Numbered from the stretch's first letter, positions 8,892 to 19,180 are shown. The stretch: DNA of 64,000 bases from an uncultured Spirochaetota bacterium (GCA_944388995.1 CALXKN010000007.1:4732-68731); one strand, 5' to 3'. Made by a program: numbers and translations. Notes: a model not told the origin generated them from the letters alone.

Positions 8892-10522
8892 CGACTGCCT
8901 CCTTTCCCCGCTCTCCGCTTGCGCAGGAAGATCCGTACTCCGCCGAAAACAATGATGCACAGCGGAACCACCGCCAGCACAAAAACCTGGACAAAAATAA
9001 AATAGGCGCGGCGCGCTTCGGGATCCTGAATTTGATCCAACTGCGTATTGCGCTGGACGCGGGTGCGCAACTGCAGCAGATCTTCGTCCGCTGTTAGCCA
9101 TTCGACGGCATTCTGAATAAACGTAAAATTCTGATCCAGATTAATGCTGAATAAGTTGTATAACTGAACCGTCATCTGATTCTGCTGATCGATAACAGCG
9201 AAATCGCTGTCGCCGACCGCCAAAATCCGCCCGACAGACGACGATTCGCTCAACGGCTGCGGAAATTCGCTCTCTTCTCCCGGCCGTTCGGGAAGCGCCT
9301 TTCCTTTAAAGTAACTGTCGAATTCACCGGACAAAGCGGCGGCAACGGAATAGGAATCGCGCAGCTGATTTTCGGCACCGGCCGCCATAATCACCGCCTG
9401 ATCGAAGTCGATTCCGCTGTCAAGACCTGCCGTCCATGCCCCGCCCGTCGTCTGAACCAAAGTCAGCGCATTCACCTTTCCGTTGTCCGCAACCGCCTCG
9501 GTCAATGTCAGCGGAGAGGCCCACAGCAGATTCAGCCCGTTAAACGAGGCGGTTACCGGATGGTTGCGGTTCCCTCCTGTTCCCGGAATTTTGACGAAAT
9601 ACGGATACTGAACAATCGAAAACGCCCTGCCGGTCGGCATCAGCGCCGCATTGCAGGAAGTATCAAGCAGCAGCTCTTCTTCAACGCGGATTCCGCACGC
9701 CTCCAGCCAATCGGAGACAGCGGAGCCGGAAACGGCCGAACCGCTCATCCCGTAAGGCGACAGCTGCGTTTGATGGCGGTCGACAAGCATTAAAAGCGCC
9801 CCGCCCCGAAGAAGATACTGATCGAGAACCAACTGCTGGTAAGCGCTTGCGGTTTCTCCGATAACAACCACCGCATTGAAGGAGGAGTCGATTTTCCGTT
9901 CCGGCTCGATCACCTCCACGGTGTACAGCGCACCGAGAACCTGATTCAGCAGAGCCAGCTGATTGTCAGCCGTCAGGCCGGGCGTCAGCGGCAGCAGGCC
10001 GATTTTCCGCTCCTCTTTGTAAACCAACTCCTTGATACGGCGGTCCAAATCGTACTCCAATGTCTCCGTCTGCGTTACCGCCGGAATCACGCTCTGCTCT
10101 CCCATGTACGAAAGAATCAATCCGGAATACGCCACCGACCGGGAAAATTCCGTAACGTTGTTTTCGCTGATCTGCAGCGGCATCAGCCCTTTCTGCGCCA
10201 GCTCCTGGGAAGCGCCGAGTTTATCGGAGTCGATCACTTCCACCGAAATCTTCCCTTTTGAAACCGACGCGTACTCGCGGACGGTATCTTCGATTTCACC
10301 AAAAACCGGCACCCGGTCTTTCAGCTTCGAGGAGAGATAATAAGTAATGTTGAGATGTTCGGGAATTTCCCGCACCGTCTGTTTTGTGACGGAAGAAAGC
10401 GAATAAGCCCGCGAAAAGGTCAGATCCGCCCGAAAACCGTAAACAAGACTGTTCAGCCCGATCAGAAGAATCAACAGAACGGTGAGAACGGTCAGCAGAA
10501 TTTGATTTTGCTTCATTTTCAT
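8888..10522 (-). CDS. GldG-like ABC-transporter auxiliary component
   Basis: 544 aa with an N-terminal TM, a large extracytoplasmic region and a C-terminal TM (YFIFVQVFVLAVVPLCIIVFGG). Immediately follows the ABC-2 permease. Confidence 0.7.
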   Translation of the reverse strand: MKMKQNQILLTVLTVLLILLIGLNSLVYGFRADLTFSRAYSLSSVTKQTVREIPEHLNITYYLSSKLKDRVPVFGEIEDTVREYASVSKGKISVEVIDSDKLGASQELAQKGLMPLQISENNVTEFSRSVAYSGLILSYMGEQSVIPAVTQTETLEYDLDRRIKELVYKEERKIGLLPLTPGLTADNQLALLNQVLGALYTVEVIEPERKIDSSFNAVVVIGETASAYQQLVLDQYLLRGGALLMLVDRHQTQLSPYGMSGSAVSGSAVSDWLEACGIRVEEELLLDTSCNAALMPTGRAFSIVQYPYFVKIPGTGGNRNHPVTASFNGLNLLWASPLTLTEAVADNGKVNALTLVQTTGGAWTAGLDSGIDFDQAVIMAAGAENQLRDSYSVAAALSGEFDSYFKGKALPERPGEESEFPQPLSESSSVGRILAVGDSDFAVIDQQNQMTVQLYNLFSINLDQNFTFIQNAVEWLTADEDLLQLRTRVQRNTQLDQIQDPEARRAYFIFVQVFVLAVVPLCIIVFGGVRIFLRKRRAGKGGSR

Positions 10523-10532
10523 CTCCGCCCTC

Positions 10533-11273
10533 CTATTTCCATTTCTTTAAGATCAAAACGCGGACGTTCAGGTAAAGAAAAAGCGCCGTCATTCCGAGGA
10601 AGTAGATCAAATCTCGGGAATCAAGGATTCCTTTTTTGAAGCTCTCGAAATGATGAGTCGCAAACAGCGTATTAATGACGCGGGCAACGGCGTCCGGCAC
10701 GCCGATCATCAGCGGAAAATAACCGCTGAGCACCAAAAACGCCAGCGCCAGAACCGAAACGAGAAAAGCGCTGATTTGATTGGATGAGAGCGCCGAAAAG
10801 AACATTCCTACGGCAATGCAGAGAGCGCCGAAAAGCGCCGTTCCCAAATACTGCCCGATCAGCTCACCGGGTTCAAAACGGCCGGTAAACGAAACCAAAA
10901 ACGGAACAAACACCGTCAGGGCAATCATAATCAGAAACAAAACGAAGGCGCCGAAAAACTTTCCGAGAACCAGCTGCGCCTCGCTGAACGGCAGCGTCAG
11001 CAGGATTTCATCGGATTTCATCTTCTTCTCTTCCGCCCACAAACGCATTGTCAGCGCCGGAATCACGATGATGAACAGAAACGGGAATGAGGAGAAATAA
11101 GCGCGGAAGGAAGCGTAATTCATCGTGAAAAACCCGTTAAACAGGAAAAACCACACCGCGGAGGCCGTCAGAAACACAACAAATACGATGCAGGCAATCG
11201 GTGAATTGAAATAAGTCTTCAGTTCTTTTTTCACAATCGGTCGAATGGTATCGCGCATCTCAAACTCCTTCAT
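10533..11273 (-). CDS. ABC-2 family transporter permease (GldF-like)
   Basis: 246 aa, six predicted TM helices. Overlaps the ATPase gene by 14 nt. Confidence 0.75.
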   Translation of the reverse strand: MKEFEMRDTIRPIVKKELKTYFNSPIACIVFVVFLTASAVWFFLFNGFFTMNYASFRAYFSSFPFLFIIVIPALTMRLWAEEKKMKSDEILLTLPFSEAQLVLGKFFGAFVLFLIMIALTVFVPFLVSFTGRFEPGELIGQYLGTALFGALCIAVGMFFSALSSNQISAFLVSVLALAFLVLSGYFPLMIGVPDAVARVINTLFATHHFESFKKGILDSRDLIYFLGMTALFLYLNVRVLILKKWK

Positions 11274-12192
11274 GCGTCAGGCGGATGAAGATGTCTTCCA
11301 GCCCGATTTTTTCCAAATACATCTCGGCGATCCGGTAACGGTTCTTTACCGCCCAATCGAAAATCTCCGCAGCGGCGTTTTCCGAAGTCAGCTGAACGGT
11401 AAAAGCCGCAAAGCCTTCTTTTGTTTCCGCGGGACGCACGGCCGTCACCGCCGCGCACTCTTTCAGCCGTTCCTCAACTCCGCTGCCGTCACCCGCCAAA
11501 ACGAGATGAAGCGTCGGTTCGCCTTTGAGGCTTTTGCCGATCTCTTCGGTTGTTCCTTCGGCGGCAATCAGCCCGTCGTTGACAATCAGCACCCGGTCGC
11601 AGACCGCTTCCACCTCCTGCAGAATGTGGGTGGAGAGCAGAACGGTCTTCTCCTTTCCGATGTTCTTAATCAGATTCCGAATTTCGATAATCTGATTCGG
11701 ATCCAAACCGGTCGTCGGTTCGTCCAGGATGAGAATTTCCGGTTTATGGATAATCGCCTGCGCCAATCCCGTCCGCTGACGGTAACCTTTTGACAGATTG
11801 CCGATTTCCTTATACAAAACGGAAGAGAGACCGCACTCGGCCGCCGTCTCTTCAATCCGCCGTTTCCGTTCCGCCGCGCCGATACCGCGCGCTTCGGCAA
11901 TGAAATTCAGATACTCGTACACATTCAAATCGGTGTAAACCGGAGCCATTTCAGGCAGATAACCGATCTGCCGCTTCACCGCCAACGGATCGCCGACAAC
12001 ATCAAAACCGTTGAGCGCCGCCGTTCCGCCGTCGGGATAGTGATAACAGGTCAGAACCTTCATAACCGTCGTCTTTCCCGCTCCGTTGGGACCGAGCAGT
12101 CCGACAATTTCGCCTTTTCCGATGGAAAAAGAGACTCCTTTGACGGCGGGAAAGGTACCGTAATTTTTCACCAAATCTTTTACTTCAATCAT
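11260..12192 (-). CDS. ABC transporter ATP-binding protein (GldA-like)
   Basis: Walker A GPNGAGKTT, signature LSKGYRQR, Walker B ILILDEPTTGLD. Confidence 0.9.
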   Translation of the reverse strand: MIEVKDLVKNYGTFPAVKGVSFSIGKGEIVGLLGPNGAGKTTVMKVLTCYHYPDGGTAALNGFDVVGDPLAVKRQIGYLPEMAPVYTDLNVYEYLNFIAEARGIGAAERKRRIEETAAECGLSSVLYKEIGNLSKGYRQRTGLAQAIIHKPEILILDEPTTGLDPNQIIEIRNLIKNIGKEKTVLLSTHILQEVEAVCDRVLIVNDGLIAAEGTTEEIGKSLKGEPTLHLVLAGDGSGVEERLKECAAVTAVRPAETKEGFAAFTVQLTSENAAAEIFDWAVKNRYRIAEMYLEKIGLEDIFIRLTHEGV

Positions 12193-12233
12193 AGAAACGC
12201 ATTTTCCCTCTCTCGATTTTATACTTTTATTTA

Positions 12234-12268
12234 AAACAAAAAAACAACCGGTTCGTTACATTTAACCG
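12234..12268 (-). terminator. weak putative terminator or attenuator downstream of rnz
   Basis: 5-bp stem CGGTT/AACCG with 10-nt loop overlapping the rnz stop, followed on the minus strand by UGUUUUUUUGUUUU. Confidence 0.3.
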
Positions 12269-13200
12269 CTGTTTTTTACGGAAAGGCTCATTCCGTCCTT
12301 TGTCAAAAACGTTTGCGGAAAAACGGCTTTGGCTTCGTTTAAAAGCTGCTGTAAATCGCGGTTGGTAAACCGCGGCGAATAGTGAATCAAACCCATTTGT
12401 CCGATTCCGCCGGCTTCGGCGGCGATTTGAGCCGCCTGCACCGCCGTCAGATGTTTTTTTTCGGCGGCGCTTTCTGCCAAATCCGCGGTAAACATTCCTT
12501 CGCAGATAAAAAGATCCGAACCGCTCACTTCTCCGGCGATTGTCGGCAGATACGCCGTATCGGTCACAAAAGAAAAACGGCAGCCGCGGCGCGGCGGTCC
12601 GAGCACCTCTTCCGGCTTCACCGGCCGGGAACGGAGACCGACGACCGTTTCGCCCCGCTGCAGATGCGACCAAAGCGGACCGCGCGGCACTCCGGCGGCT
12701 TCGGCTTTCGCGGGGTCAAAAACCCCCGGACGGGGATCTTCAACAAGTTTGTACCCGACGCAAACCTTCGAATGGTTGAGCGGAAACGAGTAAACCGAAA
12801 AATCGTCGCCGCGGAACACTTCCCCGGGAACCGAAGGATCGGAGATCTCCTTAACGATGATTTCGTAGTTGATATACATATCCAAAACGCGGCGGCTGGT
12901 TTCGACGTACTCTTTGATCTTCGGCGGTCCGACAATGATCAGAGGTTCGTCGCGGTCAACCTGAGCCGAAAGCATCAGCAATCCGGGAATGCCGGTGATG
13001 TGGTCGGCGTGCGTATGTGAAACAAAAACGGCCGACACCTTCTTCCATTTGAGATTGAGAGAGCGCAGCGAAATCTGTGTTCCTTCCCCGCAGTCAAAGA
13101 GAAAAAGCGAACCTTCGCGGCGCAGCAGAACGCTGGTCAAAAACCGGTTGGGAAGCGGCATCATCCCGCCGGTTCCGAGAACAAAAACTTCAAAACTCAT
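12262..13200 (-). CDS. rnz: ribonuclease Z (metallo-beta-lactamase fold tRNA 3' endonuclease)
   Basis: HxHxDH motif VSHTHADHITG. About 310 aa, typical short-form RNase Z layout. Confidence 0.8.
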   Translation of the reverse strand: MSFEVFVLGTGGMMPLPNRFLTSVLLRREGSLFLFDCGEGTQISLRSLNLKWKKVSAVFVSHTHADHITGIPGLLMLSAQVDRDEPLIIVGPPKIKEYVETSRRVLDMYINYEIIVKEISDPSVPGEVFRGDDFSVYSFPLNHSKVCVGYKLVEDPRPGVFDPAKAEAAGVPRGPLWSHLQRGETVVGLRSRPVKPEEVLGPPRRGCRFSFVTDTAYLPTIAGEVSGSDLFICEGMFTADLAESAAEKKHLTAVQAAQIAAEAGGIGQMGLIHYSPRFTNRDLQQLLNEAKAVFPQTFLTKDGMSLSVKNSG

Positions 13201-15667
13201 AGACCGTCTGCTCCTGCCGCGTTTCGTTTTCCGTTTTGACGGCGGTCACCCGGAAAACGGTCTGCCCTTTCACCCGCCGGCATTCAAAAGCGGCCGCCTC
13301 CGGATGCGTCAAAATCTCCGTTGCCAACGGATCTTCGATTTGAGAACGCAGGGCGCGGCGCATCGTTCTTGCCCCGTAAGCGGGATCGAATCCGGTCTTC
13401 ACCAATTCATCGCGGACAGCCGCGTCGATTTTCAGGCGGATGCCGATATTTTTCATCCGTCCGATGACTTCCCGGCAGAGCAGATCGACGATTTCGCGGA
13501 TCTGCGGCTCTTTCAGGGAGTCGAACACGACGATTTCATCCAGCCGGTTGATAAATTCCGGTGACAGAAAGCGTTTGGCCTCCGCCGTCGCCGACTGTTT
13601 GATTTCAGCGTAACTTTTCCATCCCTTTTCAGCCGAAAAACCCAACCGGCCGCCTTTGTTCAGATCCTTCGAACCGAGATTACTCGTCATGATGATAACG
13701 GCGTTGCGAAACGATACTTTATGCCCGAGACTGTCGACCAATTCGCCCTCCTCCAGCACCTGCAGCAGCAGATGAAAAACATCGGGATGGGCTTTTTCGA
13801 TTTCGTCCAGCAAAACAACGCAGTACGGACGCCTGCGCACCGCTCCGGAAAGAAGACCTCCGTCTTCGAATCCGACGTATCCGGGAGGCGCTCCGACCAA
13901 TTTGGAGACGTTGTGTTTTTCCATATAATCGGACATATCGACGCGGATCAACGCTTCCGGACTGCCGAAGAGCTTCTCGGCCAATGTCTTTGCCAGATAG
14001 GTTTTTCCGACGCCGGTCGGTCCCAAAAAGAGAAACGATCCGGAGGGGCGCCGCTCCGAAGCCAAACCGACGCGGGAACGGCGGATCGCGGAAGAGAGCG
14101 CCGCCACGGCCGCCTCCTGACCGATGACGGTACGGTTGAGCTCCTCTTCTAAATGCAGCAGACGGAGGGTTTCACTCTCGGCTAATTTTTCGGCAGGAAT
14201 TCCGGCGGCAACAGAGACGACGCGCAGAATATCGTCGGCTGTGACAACGCTGCGCTGCTCCGCATTCCGGTTCCGCCACTGGGCTTCAGCCGCCGCCTTT
14301 TCCGATTCCAGGCGCCGGACGGCGTCCCGCTCCTTTGCCGCCTCTTCGAAACACTGCCGGCCGACAAAAGCGGTTTTTTTCGCATTTCGGGCGCGGATTT
14401 TCTCTTCCAGTTTGAGAATTTCGGCCGGTTTCTCACTGCGTTCAATCCGTTTTTCGGCGCCGGCTTCGTCAATCAAATCAATCGCTTTGTCGGGCTGAAA
14501 ACGCTCGGTCAGATAACGGTTCGACGCGGAAACAGCCGTCTCAATCGCCTCCCGGGTATAGACGACGCGGTGGTGTTCGCCGTAGCGGCGGACAATTCCG
14601 AAGAGGATTTCCCGCGTCATTGCTTCGTCCGGTTCCTCAACGTAAATATTTTGAAACCGGCGGACCAAGGCGGCGTCGTTTTCAATCCGGCGGCGGTATT
14701 CTTTAACGGTTGTCGCTCCGATACACCTGAAATCGCCGCGGCTGAGAGGCGGTTTCAGGATATTGGCGGCGTCGATGGCTCCTTCCGAACCGCCGGCTCC
14801 GACAATGGTGTGAATTTCGTCGATAAAAAGAATGATGTTGCTGCGCTCCGTTACGATTTGAATCAGCTTCTTCAGCCGGTCTTCGAATTCCCCGCGGTAC
14901 TTCGTGCCGGCTACGACCGATCCCATATCCACCCGAAGAATTCTTTTATCCTCAAGTCCGTCGGGAACCGTTCCGGCCGCAATCCGCTGCGCCAAACCCT
15001 CTACCAGCGCAGTCTTTCCGACCCCCGGTTCCCCAAGCAGCAGCGGGTTGTTTTTACGCCGCCGGCTTAAAATCTTCATCATGCGTTCGATTTCTTTTTC
15101 GCGGCCGATAATCGGATCACAATCACCGGCAGCCGCCTGCGCAACCATGTCTTTCGTATACAAAGAGAGAAATTCGTTTTTCCGATTCTCTTCCTCAAGT
15201 TCCTTCGGCGTTCTGACCCGTTCAGAGCTCTCTTTTTTTGCCGCGGAAGGAAAAAAAAGACGGCCGTCCGCGATGAAGGGGCGGCACGGCGAATCTTCCG
15301 CTTCGGCTGCCGTCCGGAAAAGAAAAAGCACATCTCCGCAAAACCCCTCGGGCGCCGAAGAAATTTTTTCGGAGAGCCGCGCAAGAAAACCGGCATACCG
15401 CCGGGACGGCTGCGGCAGAAAAGACCGTTCTTCCCCCGCGGCGGTCTGCGCCACCGACTTTTTCAACTCTTCGGTCAGCTTCTGACGCGAACGGTCGGAA
15501 TCGAAACACTCCCGCGGCTTATACTTTTCCAAAACCGCCAGAAGCAAATGTTCGGGTTCGATCGATTTCGCGGCGAAACGGACGGCGGTTTCCCGAACCC
15601 CGTTGAGCAGCAGCTGCTCGGCGTCGTAATTCAGTCTTTGAGACACAAAACCTCCGATTTTCCGCAA
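13190..15667 (-). CDS. clpC: ClpC/ClpA-type Hsp100 AAA+ ATPase (two AAA modules, ClpP-interaction loop present)
   Basis: Clp N-domain. D1 Walker A GEPGVGKTA and Walker B ILFIDEIH. D2 Walker A GPTGVGKTY and Walker B VVLLDEIEKAH. GRLGFSAE loop (ClpP-binding (V/I)GF-type). Exact start ambiguous because it overlaps mcsB by 37 nt. Confidence 0.85.
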   Translation of the reverse strand: MRKIGGFVSQRLNYDAEQLLLNGVRETAVRFAAKSIEPEHLLLAVLEKYKPRECFDSDRSRQKLTEELKKSVAQTAAGEERSFLPQPSRRYAGFLARLSEKISSAPEGFCGDVLFLFRTAAEAEDSPCRPFIADGRLFFPSAAKKESSERVRTPKELEEENRKNEFLSLYTKDMVAQAAAGDCDPIIGREKEIERMMKILSRRRKNNPLLLGEPGVGKTALVEGLAQRIAAGTVPDGLEDKRILRVDMGSVVAGTKYRGEFEDRLKKLIQIVTERSNIILFIDEIHTIVGAGGSEGAIDAANILKPPLSRGDFRCIGATTVKEYRRRIENDAALVRRFQNIYVEEPDEAMTREILFGIVRRYGEHHRVVYTREAIETAVSASNRYLTERFQPDKAIDLIDEAGAEKRIERSEKPAEILKLEEKIRARNAKKTAFVGRQCFEEAAKERDAVRRLESEKAAAEAQWRNRNAEQRSVVTADDILRVVSVAAGIPAEKLAESETLRLLHLEEELNRTVIGQEAAVAALSSAIRRSRVGLASERRPSGSFLFLGPTGVGKTYLAKTLAEKLFGSPEALIRVDMSDYMEKHNVSKLVGAPPGYVGFEDGGLLSGAVRRRPYCVVLLDEIEKAHPDVFHLLLQVLEEGELVDSLGHKVSFRNAVIIMTSNLGSKDLNKGGRLGFSAEKGWKSYAEIKQSATAEAKRFLSPEFINRLDEIVVFDSLKEPQIREIVDLLCREVIGRMKNIGIRLKIDAAVRDELVKTGFDPAYGARTMRRALRSQIEDPLATEILTHPEAAAFECRRVKGQTVFRVTAVKTENETRQEQTVYEF

Positions 15668-16698
15668 AAAATATCTTTTAAAACCCGCGCGCGCAAATGG
15701 TCGCAGAGAAGCGGCTCGCCGCTATCCGGAAACTGCCGGCGGAAACGGTTCAGTGAACTCTCCTTTAAAAAATCAAAGAGACGGTTGAGTGTCGAACAGG
15801 AGAAATCGGCCGCTCCGGCAAGAACGGCAGTCCGGATAATGTCCAAAAGCCGGTAAGACTCCGAAAGGGTCATTTTTACCGAGGAATGAATCCGCTCCAA
15901 CGCATCGCGGTAACGGCTGTTGATTTGTTCTATCTGTTCCGGCTTCCACTCCCTCCGTTTCAGCCGTTCCATTTTGACAATGGTACTCAAATTTTTCGCA
16001 AACCGCTCAAGCATCCGGGTTTCCGGTTCGCCGTCCGACGCAACGGAGGTTACCGTCAAAACACCGGGAACGGTTTCCTTGAGATCCGGACACAGATACG
16101 GCTCGATTTTCAGATTCTCGGCAGCCGCGATTTTCAGCAGCCGGTTTCCTTCGTCGGTTTGGTTCAGCGCCGGAAGGGAGAGCAGAACCTCGGCCTCGAT
16201 TCCCGCTCCCGTCAGATCCAAGCGGCCGTTCAGGTATCCGTACCGCAATGAAACCGCATAAGGAAAGACCGTTTCCAGCCGGCGGTCGCATCCGATGACG
16301 GCTACCGCCGCGTGAAACAGTTCAAATTCGGGAACGACCGCCCTCAACTCGATTTGTTCCCGGTTCAAAAAAAGCAGCGCCGCGGCGTTGTCGTACAGAT
16401 AAAAAGACGCCGGCACCGCCAGACGGCCGTAGTCGCCGGGAAGGATTCCCCGGTCGCGGTAATAATCAAAATTCGCTCCGACTGCTTTTTCCGCGCGGAA
16501 AAGATTCCGCTGTGATTCGGGCAGATGCGACAGGCGCTCTTTCACGCGGGTCATAAAGCGGTGGGAATCCGCCGCCGACATCTTCTCCGGGAACGGAAAA
16601 TCCGCCATACTGCGGAACAGGGAAACGCGGGAACGGATCACGCAGTCGCCGAAAGAGACAAATTCCCTGTCCCGTGAAACATCAATTTCTTCATTCAT
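15631..16698 (-). CDS. mcsB: McsB-like protein (protein arginine kinase family); catalytic motifs look degenerate
   Basis: N-terminal VIRSRVSLFRSMADFPFPE matches the McsB VLSSRIRLARNF..FPT block. Colinear similarity across the domain. Sits between mcsA and clpC. Expected CPTN(V)GTGLRAS reads NGRLDLTGAGIEAE and NEEDH reads NREQIE. Confidence 0.65.
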   Translation of the reverse strand: MNEEIDVSRDREFVSFGDCVIRSRVSLFRSMADFPFPEKMSAADSHRFMTRVKERLSHLPESQRNLFRAEKAVGANFDYYRDRGILPGDYGRLAVPASFYLYDNAAALLFLNREQIELRAVVPEFELFHAAVAVIGCDRRLETVFPYAVSLRYGYLNGRLDLTGAGIEAEVLLSLPALNQTDEGNRLLKIAAAENLKIEPYLCPDLKETVPGVLTVTSVASDGEPETRMLERFAKNLSTIVKMERLKRREWKPEQIEQINSRYRDALERIHSSVKMTLSESYRLLDIIRTAVLAGAADFSCSTLNRLFDFLKESSLNRFRRQFPDSGEPLLCDHLRARVLKDIFCGKSEVLCLKD

Positions 16699-17191
16699 AA
16701 CGCAAAATCTCTTGCTTTTGTTCGATTTCCTCTTTCAGTCGCTGCGCTTCGGCGTAATCCTCCGCCTCAACGGCAGCCTGCAGACGTTTTTTCTGATCGG
16801 GGATTTCCTCCAGCATCGTCCTGTAAATTTCCATCGACCGGGGAATCCGACCTGAATAAATTTTATCATGAAAACGGCTGTCGTTCAACTCTTTTTCAAA
16901 AGTCCCGTAACATTGCGGACAGCCGGCAGTCTCTTTTTTCAGAAGCAGACTCAAAGCCGTTCCGCAGCGGGGACAGTAAACGGCGCGCCCGTTGGGCGGA
17001 TACGGCGGCTCTTTCATCGATCCGACGGCACGGAAAATCGTATCCAGAACCTTTTCCAGCTGCGGATTCTTTTGATCGATCCCCCGCTCCGCCGCGCAGG
17101 AAGAGCACAGATTCAAATCGGTTGTCTGATTGCCGCGTGTCTGTTTGATGTGGATGACCGCATCGTTTTTTTTACAAATATCGCACTTCAT
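16691..17191 (-). CDS. mcsA: McsA-like zinc-finger / UVR-domain activator protein
   Basis: CDIC...CSSC and CPRC...CPQC zinc-finger pairs plus a C-terminal UVR-like helix (EAEDYAEAQRLKEEIEQ). 166 aa. Directly upstream of mcsB. Confidence 0.7.
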   Translation of the reverse strand: MKCDICKKNDAVIHIKQTRGNQTTDLNLCSSCAAERGIDQKNPQLEKVLDTIFRAVGSMKEPPYPPNGRAVYCPRCGTALSLLLKKETAGCPQCYGTFEKELNDSRFHDKIYSGRIPRSMEIYRTMLEEIPDQKKRLQAAVEAEDYAEAQRLKEEIEQKQEILRYE

Positions 17192-17192
17192 A

Positions 17193-18494
17193 TCAAATAT
17201 CCTTTATGACGTCCGACGGTTTCCGGCTGACGGCCGCCACGGCCGGAATCAAAGCGGCCGCCCCCGAAACGGCAACCGCCAGAACCGCGACCGCGCACAC
17301 CTGTTTCCACCGGATGACCAACGGTATATCTTCAAGATAGTAATCTTTATTGAGAATTTCAATACCGTGCCGGAAAAAACCGTCGCCGTTGATTCCGCTC
17401 AGCAATCCGAAAAAGAAGGACGCTGCAGCGTCGGCCGCCTCCATCAATGTGTTGAGGTTGACGGCGGCCAAAAGACCGAGACTCAGTCCGATAAAGGCGC
17501 CGCAAATACCGACAAGCAAACCGACGGATAAAAAGGCGGTGAAAATCGTCTGCTTCGGAACGCCGAGACTGCGTAAAACCGCGACCGCCGTCCGTTTTTC
17601 CAGTTCAAGCGCCACCATAATGGAAAAAATATTGACCGCCGCCAGAAAGATGATCAGCACGGCAATCATCGAAACCAGAAAAAAGGTGCTTTCAAGATTT
17701 TCGACCAGAGAGCGGTTTTTTTCTTTCCATGTGCGGAAAAAAATTCCCTCTCCGCCGAATTGTCTGTTCAGTTCGGATGAAATTTGCGCCGCCGTTCCGT
17801 CGGTCAGGCAGGTCAGTTTAACGGCGACGGCCGTCCGCACCTGAGCACCGAAAAGTTCCTCCAAGCGCTCCCGGTTGATGTACGCGGTCATTTGATCCAG
17901 TTCGTAATAGCCGGTGGAAAAAATTCCCGAAATGGTGAAAGCCGCCGCCTTCAAAACGGGACGGCCGGCCGCCTCTGCCGCGCTCAAAAGACGCACCGTA
18001 TCGCCGACGGAGGCTCCGAGGGTTTGCGCCAATCCGTCGCTGAGAAGAATGTCCGCAGAGCCGGTTAAGTCAAACGTTCCGCCGAGAATTTCAAAATAGC
18101 GCGCAAACCCCGCGTCGCTTTCATACAGCGACGGCGGTACGCCTTTGACGGCAGCGGCACTCCGACGGCTGCCGGCGGTTAAAAGTCCGCGGCTTTCGCC
18201 GATCGGAACCGCCGATTTCACCCCCGGAACTTCGCTGACGGCCGCTGCGACAGCGGCGGCGTTTGCGTTGAAATCACTCAAATACGACTGTCCGACAATA
18301 TGAAACGACCCGACCTCCAGATAACGTTCGATGATGCCGTCAATCATTCCCGAAGCGGTCTGAATCACCACAATCACCGGAATCAACGACAAAACAATGC
18401 CGAAAACGGCGCCGCGGACCTTCCCCGAATCGCGGCGGCCGCCGAGCGGAACAAAGAGCATCCGGAAAGCGTAAAAAAAAGCGCCGGTTTTCAT
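17193..18494 (-). CDS. LolC/LolE-like FtsX-family ABC permease
   Basis: 433 aa with N-terminal TM, a periplasmic MacB/Lol-type domain and three C-terminal TMs (FtsX fold). Confidence 0.8.
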   Translation of the reverse strand: MKTGAFFYAFRMLFVPLGGRRDSGKVRGAVFGIVLSLIPVIVVIQTASGMIDGIIERYLEVGSFHIVGQSYLSDFNANAAAVAAAVSEVPGVKSAVPIGESRGLLTAGSRRSAAAVKGVPPSLYESDAGFARYFEILGGTFDLTGSADILLSDGLAQTLGASVGDTVRLLSAAEAAGRPVLKAAAFTISGIFSTGYYELDQMTAYINRERLEELFGAQVRTAVAVKLTCLTDGTAAQISSELNRQFGGEGIFFRTWKEKNRSLVENLESTFFLVSMIAVLIIFLAAVNIFSIMVALELEKRTAVAVLRSLGVPKQTIFTAFLSVGLLVGICGAFIGLSLGLLAAVNLNTLMEAADAAASFFFGLLSGINGDGFFRHGIEILNKDYYLEDIPLVIRWKQVCAVAVLAVAVSGAAALIPAVAAVSRKPSDVIKDI

Positions 18495-19180
18495 CGCGAA
18501 TGCAGCCGCCCCTGAGTCAAAACATAACGGACGTCTCCCTTCTGCGCCAACCGGAGATCATGCGTTACCAGAACCAGACTTTTTCCCTCGTTTTCCACCA
18601 TATCAAAAAGCATCTGCTCCACCTTTTCCGAATGCGCTTCGTCAAGGTTGCCGGTCGGTTCATCCGCCAAAATTAACGGCGGATTGTTGATTAAGGCGCG
18701 GGCGACGGCGATGCGTTGGCATTCCCCGCCGGAAAGCTGCGCGGGAAAGTGATCGGCACGGGAAGAGAGCCCCACCTTTTCGATTAAGGTCTGCGCGCGC
18801 TTTTTGGCGCTCTTAAACGGCTCGCCCGCCAAATAAGCGGGCAGGAAAATGTTCTCCAGCGCGGTAAAATCCTCCAGCAGGTGGTGGAACTGAAAAACAA
18901 AACCGATGTATTTACGGCGGTACTCGGTCAGCTGCGGTTCATTCATCTGCGACAGACGGAGATTTTCCATTGTCACTTCCCCGCCGCTTGCGGAATCCAG
19001 TCCGGAAATCAGATTCAGCAGGGTTGTCTTTCCGCAGCCGCTGCTGCCCGTAACGGTCATCTTCTCCTTCCGCTTCAAACGGAAACTGACGCCGTTAAGA
19101 ATCGAAATCCGTTCCTCCCCCGGTTCGTAAATTTTCGACAGATTCTCGACGGAAAGGAGAATTGAGCTGTCATCACTCAT
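18491..19180 (-). CDS. lolD: LolD-like ABC transporter ATP-binding protein
   Basis: Walker [10 protein letters not shown], signature [15 protein letters not shown], Walker [13 protein letters not shown]. Confidence 0.85.
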   Translation of the reverse strand: MSDDSSILLSVENLSKIYEPGEERISILNGVSFRLKRKEKMTVTGSSGCGKTTLLNLISGLDSASGGEVTMENLRLSQMNEPQLTEYRRKYIGFVFQFHHLLEDFTALENIFLPAYLAGEPFKSAKKRAQTLIEKVGLSSRADHFPAQLSGGECQRIAVARALINNPPLILADEPTGNLDEAHSEKVEQMLFDMVENEGKSLVLVTHDLRLAQKGDVRYVLTQGRLHSR

